DNA of 34,932 nucleotides from Parcubacteria group bacterium (GTDB taxonomy: Bacteria; Patescibacteriota; Minisyncoccia; Phycocordibacterales; UBA2135). Shown here piece by piece: positions 18,333-26,780 of the stretch. The stretch lies in contig JACQLS010000034.1 of NCBI GenBank assembly GCA_016204005.1, positions 1 through 34,932 of the forward strand, in the 5' to 3' direction. A program made the position numbers and the translations under genes. Within the stretch, counting starts at the first letter, position 1. Every line of letters starts with the position of its first letter. The notes under the pieces were generated by a model. It saw only the letters and a list, made by a program, of their open reading frames with translations. It had not been told where the DNA came from and ran no database searches.

Positions 18333-20288
18333 TTAAAGATCGTCAATCTCTTGTAGTGATCGCTCCAGCCATTCGGTTGAATGTACAACCGGAATCTGAA
18401 GCGCTCTTTTGCGATCGAGATCAAGTGTCCCGAGGTGGACCGACTGAGGCGCTTGCTCCCACTTAAAGATGGCTCTGCTAAAGAGCGTCACGAAGCGTTT
18501 CACCCATTCCTTGAGCATGCCGGGCGCATAGCGCGACGCCATCTTGAGCAATTCTTCATCGGTCCAGGTGCTTCGAAGAACACTATATATCTCTTTCGGA
18601 GACATCTTTTCTCCCGCAAAAAGCGCGAAACATGCATCCAACACGGGGAATGGCATGAGGTCGTCTTCGTCCGCTTGGCCGCGAGCAAGCTCGGCTGACG
18701 CTTTTGTCGCGAGAAGTTCCTTTGCGATAGCGATATGATGTCGTTCTCCAATATAGCGGAGAAGCTCGATCACGATCGTCTTCGGCACATTTCCAATGAG
18801 TGAGTAGCCGCCCGAAAGATCCCCTCCTACGGTCGTATAGCCAACGGCCTTTTCCGACATGTTGCTCATCTGGAGGACAAGCCCGCCCGCGCTATTCGCC
18901 CAATTCCACATACGTTCCGCGCGAATGCGCGCTTGTATGTTTTGCTTGGTTAACGCCGTAACCTCCTCTCCGGGCGCAAGCATTGCTTTTGCGGCCTCGC
19001 ATTCGCGCACAAAGGCCTCTTCGATGGATTCTTCCTTAAAGGAGACTCCGAGCTCATCGGCAAGACGAGAGGCGATTGATTTCGTTTCTTCGGAATTGAA
19101 CCGAGTGGGCATGCTGAAGCACCGGATAAAAGAGCGTACGCGGTCTTTGTCTCCCTCGAAACGGCGGAGCGCGTAAAACCACGCAATGATGAGCGAGAGC
19201 GCGGAGTCCTTACCGCCCGACAGTGCAATGCCAATTGTGCGGAACGCGTGTGTTTTGCTGAAATAATCGAGACCCATGATCATCGCCTCGATCAGATCAC
19301 CGAAGAATTGCTCGCGGCTGTTACCGCCTGCGAAATTCGGAAGGAAAAAATTCTTGCTCGTCGGCACTGGATACTTATATGCGGATTGATTGGGATGTGC
19401 GCTCGTAACAACCACCACTTCGGTTGGAGCTGGCGCTTCCGCGCGTGCTCGATATGCCTCACGGTCTCGCCTCCACGTGGTGTTCTCAACACGATGCCGT
19501 GCCGTGCGGTCGAGATCAACAACTTGAGTTGCGATTCCCTCGCGCCATCGAGGTGCATCAAAGAGCATTGTTCCGTTCTGGTTCACGAATCCACCCCCGT
19601 CAAAAACGAGAGCGTCGTTGCCGCCAACCTGGTTCGCATACACAATCGTAACCTGGTTATCTGCCGCACGGGTGGCGATCATTTCGCGACGTGTTTGCAC
19701 GACGCCAATACGAAACGGGGACGCTGAAAGATTCAGTACCAGTTCGGCCCCGGCGAAAGACCGGCGACGCATGGGACCATCGGGAGTCCAGATATCCTCG
19801 CACACTTCGACCGCAAAGACTCCGAACGGGGTCTTGAAGAGCAGGTCTCCAAAAGGCACACCGTTTACTTCTCCCAAAAGCCCGGGCATTCCCGGTGTAA
19901 ACACGCGCCCTTCATAGAAAACTCCGTAGGTAGGAAGCTTCTCCTTCGGGACAATGCCCCATATTTTTCCAGCCGAGACGACGGCCGCCGCGTTGTATGG
20001 CTGTCCATCGTATACGACAACCATACCGACGACAAACACGGTTGGAAATTGGAAACCCCATGTTGCGTTAGCAAACGTCACTAGGGCATCCCATTGGCCG
20101 GAGACAAAGCTTGGCCATTGCACCAAATCTTCGGCGGGGTAACCCCCAATCACTTGTTCTTGGAAAACGCCAACTGTGCATTCTGCATTCGACATTTCGC
20201 GGGCTTTATCAATAAGCGTCTTTGTGTTCGACGTGAAAGCCCCTACGGTCGTGTTTATGGTGCCGATGCCGATTTTGATGAGTCGCAT
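18333..20288 (-). CDS. nadE: Glutamine-dependent NAD+ synthetase
   Basis: Nitrilase domain E-K-C triad (FQEQ, PKEKLP, EVCED) fused to a synthetase domain with SGGKDS, QNIQARIR, NMSEKAVGYTT. Confidence 0.95.
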   Translation of the reverse strand: MRLIKIGIGTINTTVGAFTSNTKTLIDKAREMSNAECTVGVFQEQVIGGYPAEDLVQWPSFVSGQWDALVTFANATWGFQFPTVFVVGMVVVYDGQPYNAAAVVSAGKIWGIVPKEKLPTYGVFYEGRVFTPGMPGLLGEVNGVPFGDLLFKTPFGVFAVEVCEDIWTPDGPMRRRSFAGAELVLNLSASPFRIGVVQTRREMIATRAADNQVTIVYANQVGGNDALVFDGGGFVNQNGTMLFDAPRWREGIATQVVDLDRTARHRVENTTWRRDREAYRARAEAPAPTEVVVVTSAHPNQSAYKYPVPTSKNFFLPNFAGGNSREQFFGDLIEAMIMGLDYFSKTHAFRTIGIALSGGKDSALSLIIAWFYALRRFEGDKDRVRSFIRCFSMPTRFNSEETKSIASRLADELGVSFKEESIEEAFVRECEAAKAMLAPGEEVTALTKQNIQARIRAERMWNWANSAGGLVLQMSNMSEKAVGYTTVGGDLSGGYSLIGNVPKTIVIELLRYIGERHHIAIAKELLATKASAELARGQADEDDLMPFPVLDACFALFAGEKMSPKEIYSVLRSTWTDEELLKMASRYAPGMLKEWVKRFVTLFSRAIFKWEQAPQSVHLGTLDLDRKRALQIPVVHSTEWLERSLQEIDDL

Positions 20289-20416
20289 GGTGTTCCTCTA
20301 GTTGTGGAAGGTGCGTATCTTTAAGAGCATCCGATTCGCACCGGAAGGTGCGCATGCGGGTGCTCTATAAGAAAGGGGAAGCGCTTCAGCTTCCCCATAT
20401 AGAACGAATGAAAAGA

Positions 20417-21715
20417 TCAAACAGTGGGTTGGGTGTCAAAGTCTTGAACACCGAAATCGCCCTTGTATCTCTCGATCTCGCGCTTCGGACCAGTTTCCTT
20501 GCCACGGTTATCGGAAAGTTTTACCGCAGGACGCCCAGCAACTAGAACCAACTTGCAAGCCATTGAGAAAGGTCCGAAGTCCGGTAATGGAGGGACGCAT
20601 CCACGGAAATCATTGCCGAAGAGCGTGCCCCAACCGTACCGATCAATGATCCTACCTCCAAACTCTTGATGCAGACGCGTCATGTCCGAGACATCTAAGC
20701 CGTCTGAAAAGACGCCGACTTTTTCGCGCGGGTCAACACCATGTTTCTTGAACCAGTCTATGTGAAGGTTACCCCCCACTGACGGATCACCAGAGTCCAG
20801 GCGGAAGCCGCGGCTCTCTTGGGCAATCCATGCCGGAGCGTGCTTCAGAAATTCGGGGGTCCTGTAGGTGTCAGCGAGGAATATGCGAAATTGCGGACCG
20901 TATAATTCATGCCAACGAGCAAGAGCTCTGTACTGGGAGTCTCGCCGTTCACCACCAGGACCGGAAAGGGCCGCCAGCGCCATAAAGACTTCATGCGCGA
21001 CTGTTCCGACAGCGGGAATGCCGTAATAAAACGCCATCCAAACATTTGAAGTCCCGACGAATTGCTTGGGCATAGCCTGTATCGCCGAACCAACAGCAAA
21101 CTTCTGCCACTTGAAGCTATGCCGACGACGATGGGAAAAATCACTCCAGAAGAGATTTGGATATCTCGAAAGTATGTCGAACTTTCGATGCAGCTTGCTC
21201 CCTGCCCGCGTCATCGCATTTACCCATTCATCTACTGTTAGACCCTTCATGAGATTCTTGTAATAGAGTTCGGAGACGACGGAGAGGGCAATGGTCTCCC
21301 ACATGGTGACCTCGACCCACTTGCCCGTGAAGGTGAGACGATACTGGTCACCCTCCCTCTTTAATTCGTAGGGCGGAAGCTGGAACCGCTCGAGGAATTG
21401 CAGGTATCTTTCTCCAAAGACATTTTTGCCATCTGCCTGCATGTCGCGGAGAAATTTGATCTCAATGGGCAGATACCGAAGATCGCGCTTGCGATCGAGG
21501 GCGTCATGCAACTCATTTTCTGGAATGACTTTGGCAAGCTTGACCTTTGGATCGCGAATAATGAGTTCAAACGTCACCGGAACATTCCCGTAGCCATTGA
21601 TAAGAATCCATTGACCCATAGTGAATTTATAGAGATCAACATCCAAAAGTGACTCTGGTTTCAGGTAGGGATTGCCATCGGGCTTTGTCTCAAAGTAATC
21701 CAAGCGTGCGTCCAT
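20417..21715 (-). CDS. pncB: Nicotinate phosphoribosyltransferase
   Basis: SLLDVDLYKFTM, DFSHRRR, GTSN, GTVAHE, DTY, RLDSGD, FSDGL, VKLSDN; start at ATG 21715 after AAGGAAAGGGG. Confidence 0.95.
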   Translation of the reverse strand: MDARLDYFETKPDGNPYLKPESLLDVDLYKFTMGQWILINGYGNVPVTFELIIRDPKVKLAKVIPENELHDALDRKRDLRYLPIEIKFLRDMQADGKNVFGERYLQFLERFQLPPYELKREGDQYRLTFTGKWVEVTMWETIALSVVSELYYKNLMKGLTVDEWVNAMTRAGSKLHRKFDILSRYPNLFWSDFSHRRRHSFKWQKFAVGSAIQAMPKQFVGTSNVWMAFYYGIPAVGTVAHEVFMALAALSGPGGERRDSQYRALARWHELYGPQFRIFLADTYRTPEFLKHAPAWIAQESRGFRLDSGDPSVGGNLHIDWFKKHGVDPREKVGVFSDGLDVSDMTRLHQEFGGRIIDRYGWGTLFGNDFRGCVPPLPDFGPFSMACKLVLVAGRPAVKLSDNRGKETGPKREIERYKGDFGVQDFDTQPTV

Positions 21716-21772
21716 CGCGGCCCCTTTCCTTTTTTGTTGTGTGAAGAACGTGCCTTTACTGTCTCTACCGCA

Positions 21773-21827
21773 GAGACAGTTGACTGCGCAGAATGTACAA
21801 TAAAAACTGTGCGCAGTCAACTGTCTC
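21773..21827. repeat. Perfect 18-bp inverted repeat enclosing a promoter-like sequence
   Basis: GAGACAGTTGACTGCGCA (21773-21790) / TGCGCAGTCAACTGTCTC (21810-21827); minus-strand TTGACT-17-TACATT lies inside. Confidence 0.85.
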
Positions 21828-21933
21828 CTTTCTCTATTCAAAGTCCTTCTCTAAGGACATCCGACCCATTCGGGTGCCCTATAGAAAAGTGGAGGTTATG
21901 ACCTCCACCTCGGTATACACGTCCTCTTAAAGA

Positions 21934-22506
21934 TCAAATCGTAGCCGGCTCACGCAACACGTCTTCAACCGTTGCGAACATTGCGCCGATAGCGCGCATC
22001 TCTTCGATAGCGCGCTCGCCATCACCATCCTTGAGGTTGACGGCACGACACGCGTCAGTGAGAAGCGTCACCTTGTGCCCGTGCTCGATCGCCGCCCTCA
22101 CCGTCGAAAGCACGCAATAGTCGGTAGCCAGTCCGCCAACATAGAGATGCTCCGCTTCCGGCCTCATGCCGCCGTCAAAGGCAGAGTAGTCATCCGCATC
22201 TCCAAGCCCCTTGGAGATAACCTGGAATCTCACGTAGCCGTTTGGCAGACGGAGGTCAGGGTGGAATTCGGCACCGCGCGTGCCCTGCACACAGTGTACC
22301 GGCCAAATGCCGCCGAACTCTGCAAAATGCTTTGTCTGGCGCGGGTGCCAGTCACGAGAAGCAAAGATGTCCCAACGATGTCTCACCGCAAACGCAATCA
22401 TGCGGTTAAGCGGCGGAACGACCTCGTGTCCATTGGGGACAGCAAGCGAACCGCCCGGACAGAAATCGTTCTGGACATCAACGAGTATGAGCGCTTTTCC
22501 CTTCAT
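21934..22506 (-). CDS. pncA: Nicotinamidase (isochorismatase family)
   Basis: VDVQNDF.PGGSL, DWH, WPVHCVQ, ISKG, GLATDYCV (D-K-C triad). Confidence 0.95.
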   Translation of the reverse strand: MKGKALILVDVQNDFCPGGSLAVPNGHEVVPPLNRMIAFAVRHRWDIFASRDWHPRQTKHFAEFGGIWPVHCVQGTRGAEFHPDLRLPNGYVRFQVISKGLGDADDYSAFDGGMRPEAEHLYVGGLATDYCVLSTVRAAIEHGHKVTLLTDACRAVNLKDGDGERAIEEMRAIGAMFATVEDVLREPATI

Positions 22507-22638
22507 GGTCTGGTCTCCTCTTGTTGCGGGTTGTGAATGGGCGCACAGGTCGCCCCGTGCCCGGACGCTAAAGCAGTCCGGACGGCTTCGCCCCTTCTCG
22601 AGGCAGAACCGTCCGTACTCCTTTCTCTAACTGCACAA

Positions 22639-22659
22639 TTAGTGTATAAGTTACACTTA
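22639..22659. promoter_or_regulatory. Putative NrtR operator upstream of pncA
   Basis: TTAGTGTATAAGTTACACTTA: AGTGTA-N5-TACACT palindrome with the GT-N7-AC core typical of NrtR sites. Confidence 0.75.
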
Positions 22660-22694
22660 CCACGTCCAAAAAAATAGTACAAGTGCTACCCAAG

Positions 22695-22723
22695 AATATA
22701 GAACACGCAACAACCAATGTCAA
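22695..22723 (-). promoter_or_regulatory. sigma70 promoter for pncA
   Basis: TTGACA-17-TATATT. A second candidate, TTGGAC-17-TACACT, overlaps the operator. Confidence 0.65.
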
Positions 22724-22726
22724 ACA

Positions 22727-23413
22727 CTAGAGGATCTCGATCGTCTTCATTTTTTTCGCCCGAAAAGAATACAGCTCCGCCGGACGGCTTGCCTGTCCCC
22801 TTCTCTCCTTGCCTGTCCCCTTCACGAGCCCAATGGCAAGAATCTTTTTCCTGAAATTACGCTTGTCCAGCTTCTTTCCTAACACAACCTCGTACACACT
22901 CTGGAGCTCGGATAACGTAAACTCACTCGGTAAAAGATTCTGCGCGATGTTCGTATATCCCAACTTTGCGCGAAGCCGTTCAACTGCCGTTTCCAAGATT
23001 TCGCGGTGATCATACGCAAGTGCAGGTGCATCTTTGACAGGGAACCAGGTAATATCCGCATACTCCTCCGTCGTCTTCAAAGAAAGCTTGGTGCTTGGCA
23101 CAAGGGCCGTGTACGCGACTGACACAACACGCCCGAATGGGTCACGGTCGACACGGCCAAACGTGTGGAGTTGTTCCAGATATACATTTCGTACGCCTCC
23201 CTTCTCTCGCAAAATGCGTTCCGCGGCATTATCGACGGACTCATTCGCCTTCACAAGCCCGCCGGGCATTGCCCACTTTCCCGTGTACGGCTCTTTCTTC
23301 ATTTTAATAAGGAGCACCTGGAGCCCGCGGTTTCGTACGGTAAAAAGCGCGACGTCGGTCGCAATCACTGCGTAATCATATTTTTTATACTTGCTTGCTT
23401 GGGGCTTTTTCAT
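22727..23413 (-). CDS. nrtR: NrtR-type Nudix-related transcriptional regulator
   Basis: Degenerate Nudix box (GGLVKANESVDNAAERILREKGG), LEQL.TFG..DRDP.GRVVSVAY, LAYDH, wHTH FTLSELQ..YE...DKRNFRKK. Confidence 0.92.
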   Translation of the reverse strand: MKKPQASKYKKYDYAVIATDVALFTVRNRGLQVLLIKMKKEPYTGKWAMPGGLVKANESVDNAAERILREKGGVRNVYLEQLHTFGRVDRDPFGRVVSVAYTALVPSTKLSLKTTEEYADITWFPVKDAPALAYDHREILETAVERLRAKLGYTNIAQNLLPSEFTLSELQSVYEVVLGKKLDKRNFRKKILAIGLVKGTGKERRGQASRPAELYSFRAKKMKTIEIL

Positions 23414-23419
23414 ATGCTT

Positions 23420-23965
23420 TTAGTTCGCACCATATATTTCGTGACGTCTTTGTTCAAAAAGTTCTATTATCTTTTCCTTAATTCTCGCGTCAACCAATCC
23501 GTCGAGTCTGTCATACTCCCTTTTGTGCAAAAGACTGCGTATTGCAGTGGCTGATATAGAGGGGGATGAGCCACCGTGCCTGTCGATAATTTTTACATTT
23601 CGTCCGGCTTCTTCGAAAAAGGTGATGTCCTCAGGTGAGCCACCGTAGAAAAGGGTGTTCGCCGGGTCTATCCCCTCCTCCTCAAGAAGTTCATCGAGTG
23701 CGGCAAGCCACAATGTATTATTATGAAAATCAGGAAGGCCAAAGACTTTTATCTCCGGAAAAACAACTTCGCAAAAGTTTTTGCGTTCGTCGAAGGTGAA
23801 TGGGGTCTTCTCCGCAATCGGAGCATTAGTGCTTCCAATGACAATGGCGGAACGGTCCGAGCCAAAGTCCTGAAGCATCTCTTGAATGGCTCTCTCGTGA
23901 CCACGATGAAGGGGGCTGACTCGCCCAACAAAAACACCGTGTTTCTTCTTTGGTACATCCTGCAT
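23420..23965 (-). CDS. NadM-like nucleotide adenylyltransferase (cytidylyltransferase superfamily)
   Basis: GRVSPLHRGH (HxGH), VIGS, PFTFDERK, ISATAIR; NAD-locus context suggests NaMN/NMN adenylyltransferase. Confidence 0.8.
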   Translation of the reverse strand: MQDVPKKKHGVFVGRVSPLHRGHERAIQEMLQDFGSDRSAIVIGSTNAPIAEKTPFTFDERKNFCEVVFPEIKVFGLPDFHNNTLWLAALDELLEEEGIDPANTLFYGGSPEDITFFEEAGRNVKIIDRHGGSSPSISATAIRSLLHKREYDRLDGLVDARIKEKIIELFEQRRHEIYGAN

Positions 23966-23966
23966 G

Positions 23967-24002
23967 TTAGTGTATTCTATACACTTTATAGGCAGGTGTC
24001 AA
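23967..24002 (-). promoter_or_regulatory. Promoter of the adenylyltransferase-nrtR operon overlapped by a second putative NrtR operator
   Basis: TTGACA(23997-24002)-17-TAGAAT(23974-23979); operator TTAGTGTATTCTATACACTTT at 23967-23987. Confidence 0.8.
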
Positions 24003-24604
24003 GAGAAGAGATTTTTGATTCTCTCCACGAGTTCGGGAAATTCCCCCTGCAGGAAGTGGCCGCGATCGGCGAAGATGTGCTCCTCGGCATCGGGAAGCGC
24101 TTTGCCATACTTCTCAACCGCGGAGACGGGTACTACCGGGTCGTCCTCGCTGTGGTAGAGGAAGATGTCGCCTCCATGTTTCGCAAAATGCTCGAGTGAC
24201 GCAGGGAGATCAAAATCCCCCACCGAATGGGTCTCGCTATCCTCATCAAAGACCGCGCCAACGAGAAACGTCGCACGCACTTCTTTCGGAAATTCATTTT
24301 CTGAAAGATATTTCGCGAGGAAAAGTCCTCCCAACGAATGGCCGATGAGCACCACCCCATCGTGGACATAGGGGAGCACTTTCTCAAACCAAATCTTCCA
24401 CTCTGTATATTTCGCGTTATCTTTGCATGGCATTGCGGGGGCCAACACTTCAAAATCAGGCCCAAGCCGCTCTGCTAACGTATGTTTCCAGCGCTTCTCT
24501 CCCTGCACACTCGGCGTATACTCGACATTACGAAGCGCTTCGAGATATTTCTCATAGGATGCAAAGGCATCTCCTCCGTGAATGAAGACGACTTGTTTTA
24601 GCAT
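23999..24604 (-). CDS. Alpha/beta hydrolase (RBBP9/YdeN-like)
   Basis: VFIHGG, GHSLGG nucleophile elbow, HSEDDPVVP, GHF; start set at ATG 24604 (MLKQVV). Confidence 0.88.
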   Translation of the reverse strand: MLKQVVFIHGGDAFASYEKYLEALRNVEYTPSVQGEKRWKHTLAERLGPDFEVLAPAMPCKDNAKYTEWKIWFEKVLPYVHDGVVLIGHSLGGLFLAKYLSENEFPKEVRATFLVGAVFDEDSETHSVGDFDLPASLEHFAKHGGDIFLYHSEDDPVVPVSAVEKYGKALPDAEEHIFADRGHFLQGEFPELVERIKNLFS

Positions 24605-24690
24605 GGGTGTAGTATAGCACAGGGCCATCAAAGGCTTGACGTGGTAGCTCCTTTCATAGTTCAATCGGGGTAGATGATGGAGGAGACAAC

Positions 24691-25518
24691 GTGACTCTGC
24701 CCATAAACTTCGTTGTTGTTCGGCACGCTGAATCTGAAAGCAACGCAGCGAAGCGCCGCTCGAGGAAGGGCGATCACGATGCGGCAAACAAACTGCGCGG
24801 GCGGCATACAGCCAGTTTCCGACTAACGGGACGCGGAAAAGGACAAGCACGTACCACCGGTGGATGGCTTCAGCAAGAATTTTACGGCGATGAGGCACCT
24901 CGTTGGAAGGGTTGGGGGTTTGATCGTTGCTATGCGTCCGACTATCTCCGGGCTATGGAAACAGGTGGTCTATTCGCATTACCCGGCGCCAAATGGCTCT
25001 GCGATATGTATCTTACCGAGCGCGATTGGGGTGACATCCACGCCCTCCCTGAAGACGAGCGCTTGGCAAGGTTTGGAGAAGCGCTCCGCATGAAGGAGCA
25101 GGAGCCGTTCTTCTGGAGGCCACCCAACGGACAATCACTTGCCGATAAGTGCCTGCAGGTCGATCGTTTTTTGGACACGCTTCACCGCGAATGCAGCGAC
25201 ATGAATGTGCTGGCTACTTGCCACGGAGAGACGGCCTGGGCAATTCGTGTGCGTATTGAGAAGATGTCACAACAGCGTTTCAGGGCGCTTCACCTCTCGA
25301 AAAACCCTGATGACAAAATCAAGAACTGTCAGGTCCTCCACTATACGAGGAGAAATCCTTTCACAGGAGAGCTTACCCCCCGTGCAAATTGGCTCCGCAT
25401 GGTCCGGCCGGCCGAAAACCCCGTCTGGGACACTGGCTGGCAAGAGATCGAGCGACCGACCTATTCGAATGACGATCTTCTTCAGATCGTTGAGGCCGTC
25501 CCGCCTGACGTTACTTAA
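24691..25518 (+). CDS. Histidine phosphatase (phosphoglycerate mutase-like) family protein
   Basis: VVVRHAESESN, LTGRGKGQA, SDYLRAMET, LTERDWG, TCHGE; GGAGGAG SD and GTG start. Confidence 0.88.
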   Translation: MTLPINFVVVRHAESESNAAKRRSRKGDHDAANKLRGRHTASFRLTGRGKGQARTTGGWLQQEFYGDEAPRWKGWGFDRCYASDYLRAMETGGLFALPGAKWLCDMYLTERDWGDIHALPEDERLARFGEALRMKEQEPFFWRPPNGQSLADKCLQVDRFLDTLHRECSDMNVLATCHGETAWAIRVRIEKMSQQRFRALHLSKNPDDKIKNCQVLHYTRRNPFTGELTPRANWLRMVRPAENPVWDTGWQEIERPTYSNDDLLQIVEAVPPDVT

Positions 25519-25529
25519 GCCAGAGCAAT

Positions 25530-25551
25530 GCCGTCCCACCGACGGCTTTTT
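25530..25551 (+). terminator. Intrinsic terminator
   Basis: GCCGTC-CCACC-GACGGC-TTTTT. Confidence 0.7.
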
Positions 25552-25628
25552 AATAGTTTAGAAAAGCGCGCCATGCCCGCTTAACAGGCAAGAGACAAAA
25601 TGGTTATGTATAGGGTAAAATACCGAGC

Positions 25629-26675
25629 ATGAGCGAACGGCCCACTACAACCAACGCCTCTCACGCCCCCGCCTATATAAAGACTCTTCCCGCAGAGTAC
25701 TACCAAGTGCTTCTCGCCGAGGTACAGAGTCGGGGTTTATTCAAACGAACCTACTTTCACTACATCCTCGCGGGAGGCGTGGGGATGCTTGGTATGGGGC
25801 TCTCCTTGTACGCGCTTTCATTAACCGACAGCGCCCTTTTCCAAACACTCAATGCCTTCGCGTTTGCATTCTTTTCCGTGCAGGTCGGTATGCTTGGGCA
25901 CGACCTTTCTCATGAGGAAGTCTTTGAATCCAGGGAGCGAAATCGTTTCTGGGGGATGCTGGCGTGGGGACTCTTGGGTGGGTTGAGCGAAAGCAGGTGG
26001 TTCCATAAACACAACGCGCACCATAAAAATCCGAACCACATTGGCCATGACCCCGATCTTGAGATCCCGTTTGTTTTTTCCGACATTCAGGCGGTGCTAC
26101 GATCTCCCTTCTATAAACAGTGGGTATTCCCCTATCAACACGTCCTGTTTTGGTCCGCACTCTTCTTTGTGTATCCCTACAACATTGCCTACAGCATGAA
26201 GCACATCCTTGACAACATCACCATGCGAACCGTTGTCGAACTCGTTCTTATGGCCGTGCACTTTGTAATAACGATAGGGCTTCCCGTATACTTTTTACCG
26301 CTTCCCGTTGCCATGCTCTTTCTCGGCATAACATTCCTCGTAATCGGCGCGTATCTCGGTATGGTCTTTGCACCAAACCATAAAGGAGAATGGATGCTTG
26401 AAGAGAATGAACCCTTCAACTGGACGCACCAGGTAACCCTTACGCGCAACTTGTATCCCTCGCGGCTAGCATCGTACCTGTTCGGGGGACTAAATTTTCA
26501 AATCGAACATCACCTTTTTCCAAATATGCCCCGATTTAATTATCGAAAGGCTCAACCGATAGTGGAGAAGTTCTGTAAACAATATGGACTTCGATATCAT
26601 CAGACAACGTGGGTCGGGTCTATGCGAGAGATACACCAGTCGCTCAAAGAAGAAGCGTCGAGGTGGCGCGCTTAA
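25629..26675 (+). CDS. Membrane fatty-acid (acyl-CoA/acyl-lipid) desaturase
   Basis: Three histidine boxes, HDLSH, HNAHH and QIEHHLFP, plus TM helices. Confidence 0.92.
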   Translation: MSERPTTTNASHAPAYIKTLPAEYYQVLLAEVQSRGLFKRTYFHYILAGGVGMLGMGLSLYALSLTDSALFQTLNAFAFAFFSVQVGMLGHDLSHEEVFESRERNRFWGMLAWGLLGGLSESRWFHKHNAHHKNPNHIGHDPDLEIPFVFSDIQAVLRSPFYKQWVFPYQHVLFWSALFFVYPYNIAYSMKHILDNITMRTVVELVLMAVHFVITIGLPVYFLPLPVAMLFLGITFLVIGAYLGMVFAPNHKGEWMLEENEPFNWTHQVTLTRNLYPSRLASYLFGGLNFQIEHHLFPNMPRFNYRKAQPIVEKFCKQYGLRYHQTTWVGSMREIHQSLKEEASRWRA

Positions 26676-26780
26676 TAGGGTTAGCCTTTCTTCGGGCCTC
26701 CCCAGGTCCAAAATGAGTTGTCCTTTGGACGTGAGGGGGGCTCTATGGTAAGAAGGGCGGCAAAATCGCTCCCTTGCCAC

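Noticed and set aside
20318-21936. Integron attC sites as the explanation for the repeated intergenic stems
   Set aside because: No RYYYAAC/GTTRRRY core ends and no integron integrase.
18333-23965. Phage NARP1/NARP2 NAD-reconstitution system
   Set aside because: Those systems use Nampt-like enzymes with Prs-like or Nmnat partners; this is the deamidating PncA-PncB-NadE route in a chromosomal context.
23999-24898. Extended N-termini in the ORF track (299-aa hydrolase; also pncB 474 aa, vWA 294 aa, terB 199 aa)
   Set aside because: The extensions run through promoters, hairpins or neighbouring genes; downstream ATGs have proper SD or -10 signals.
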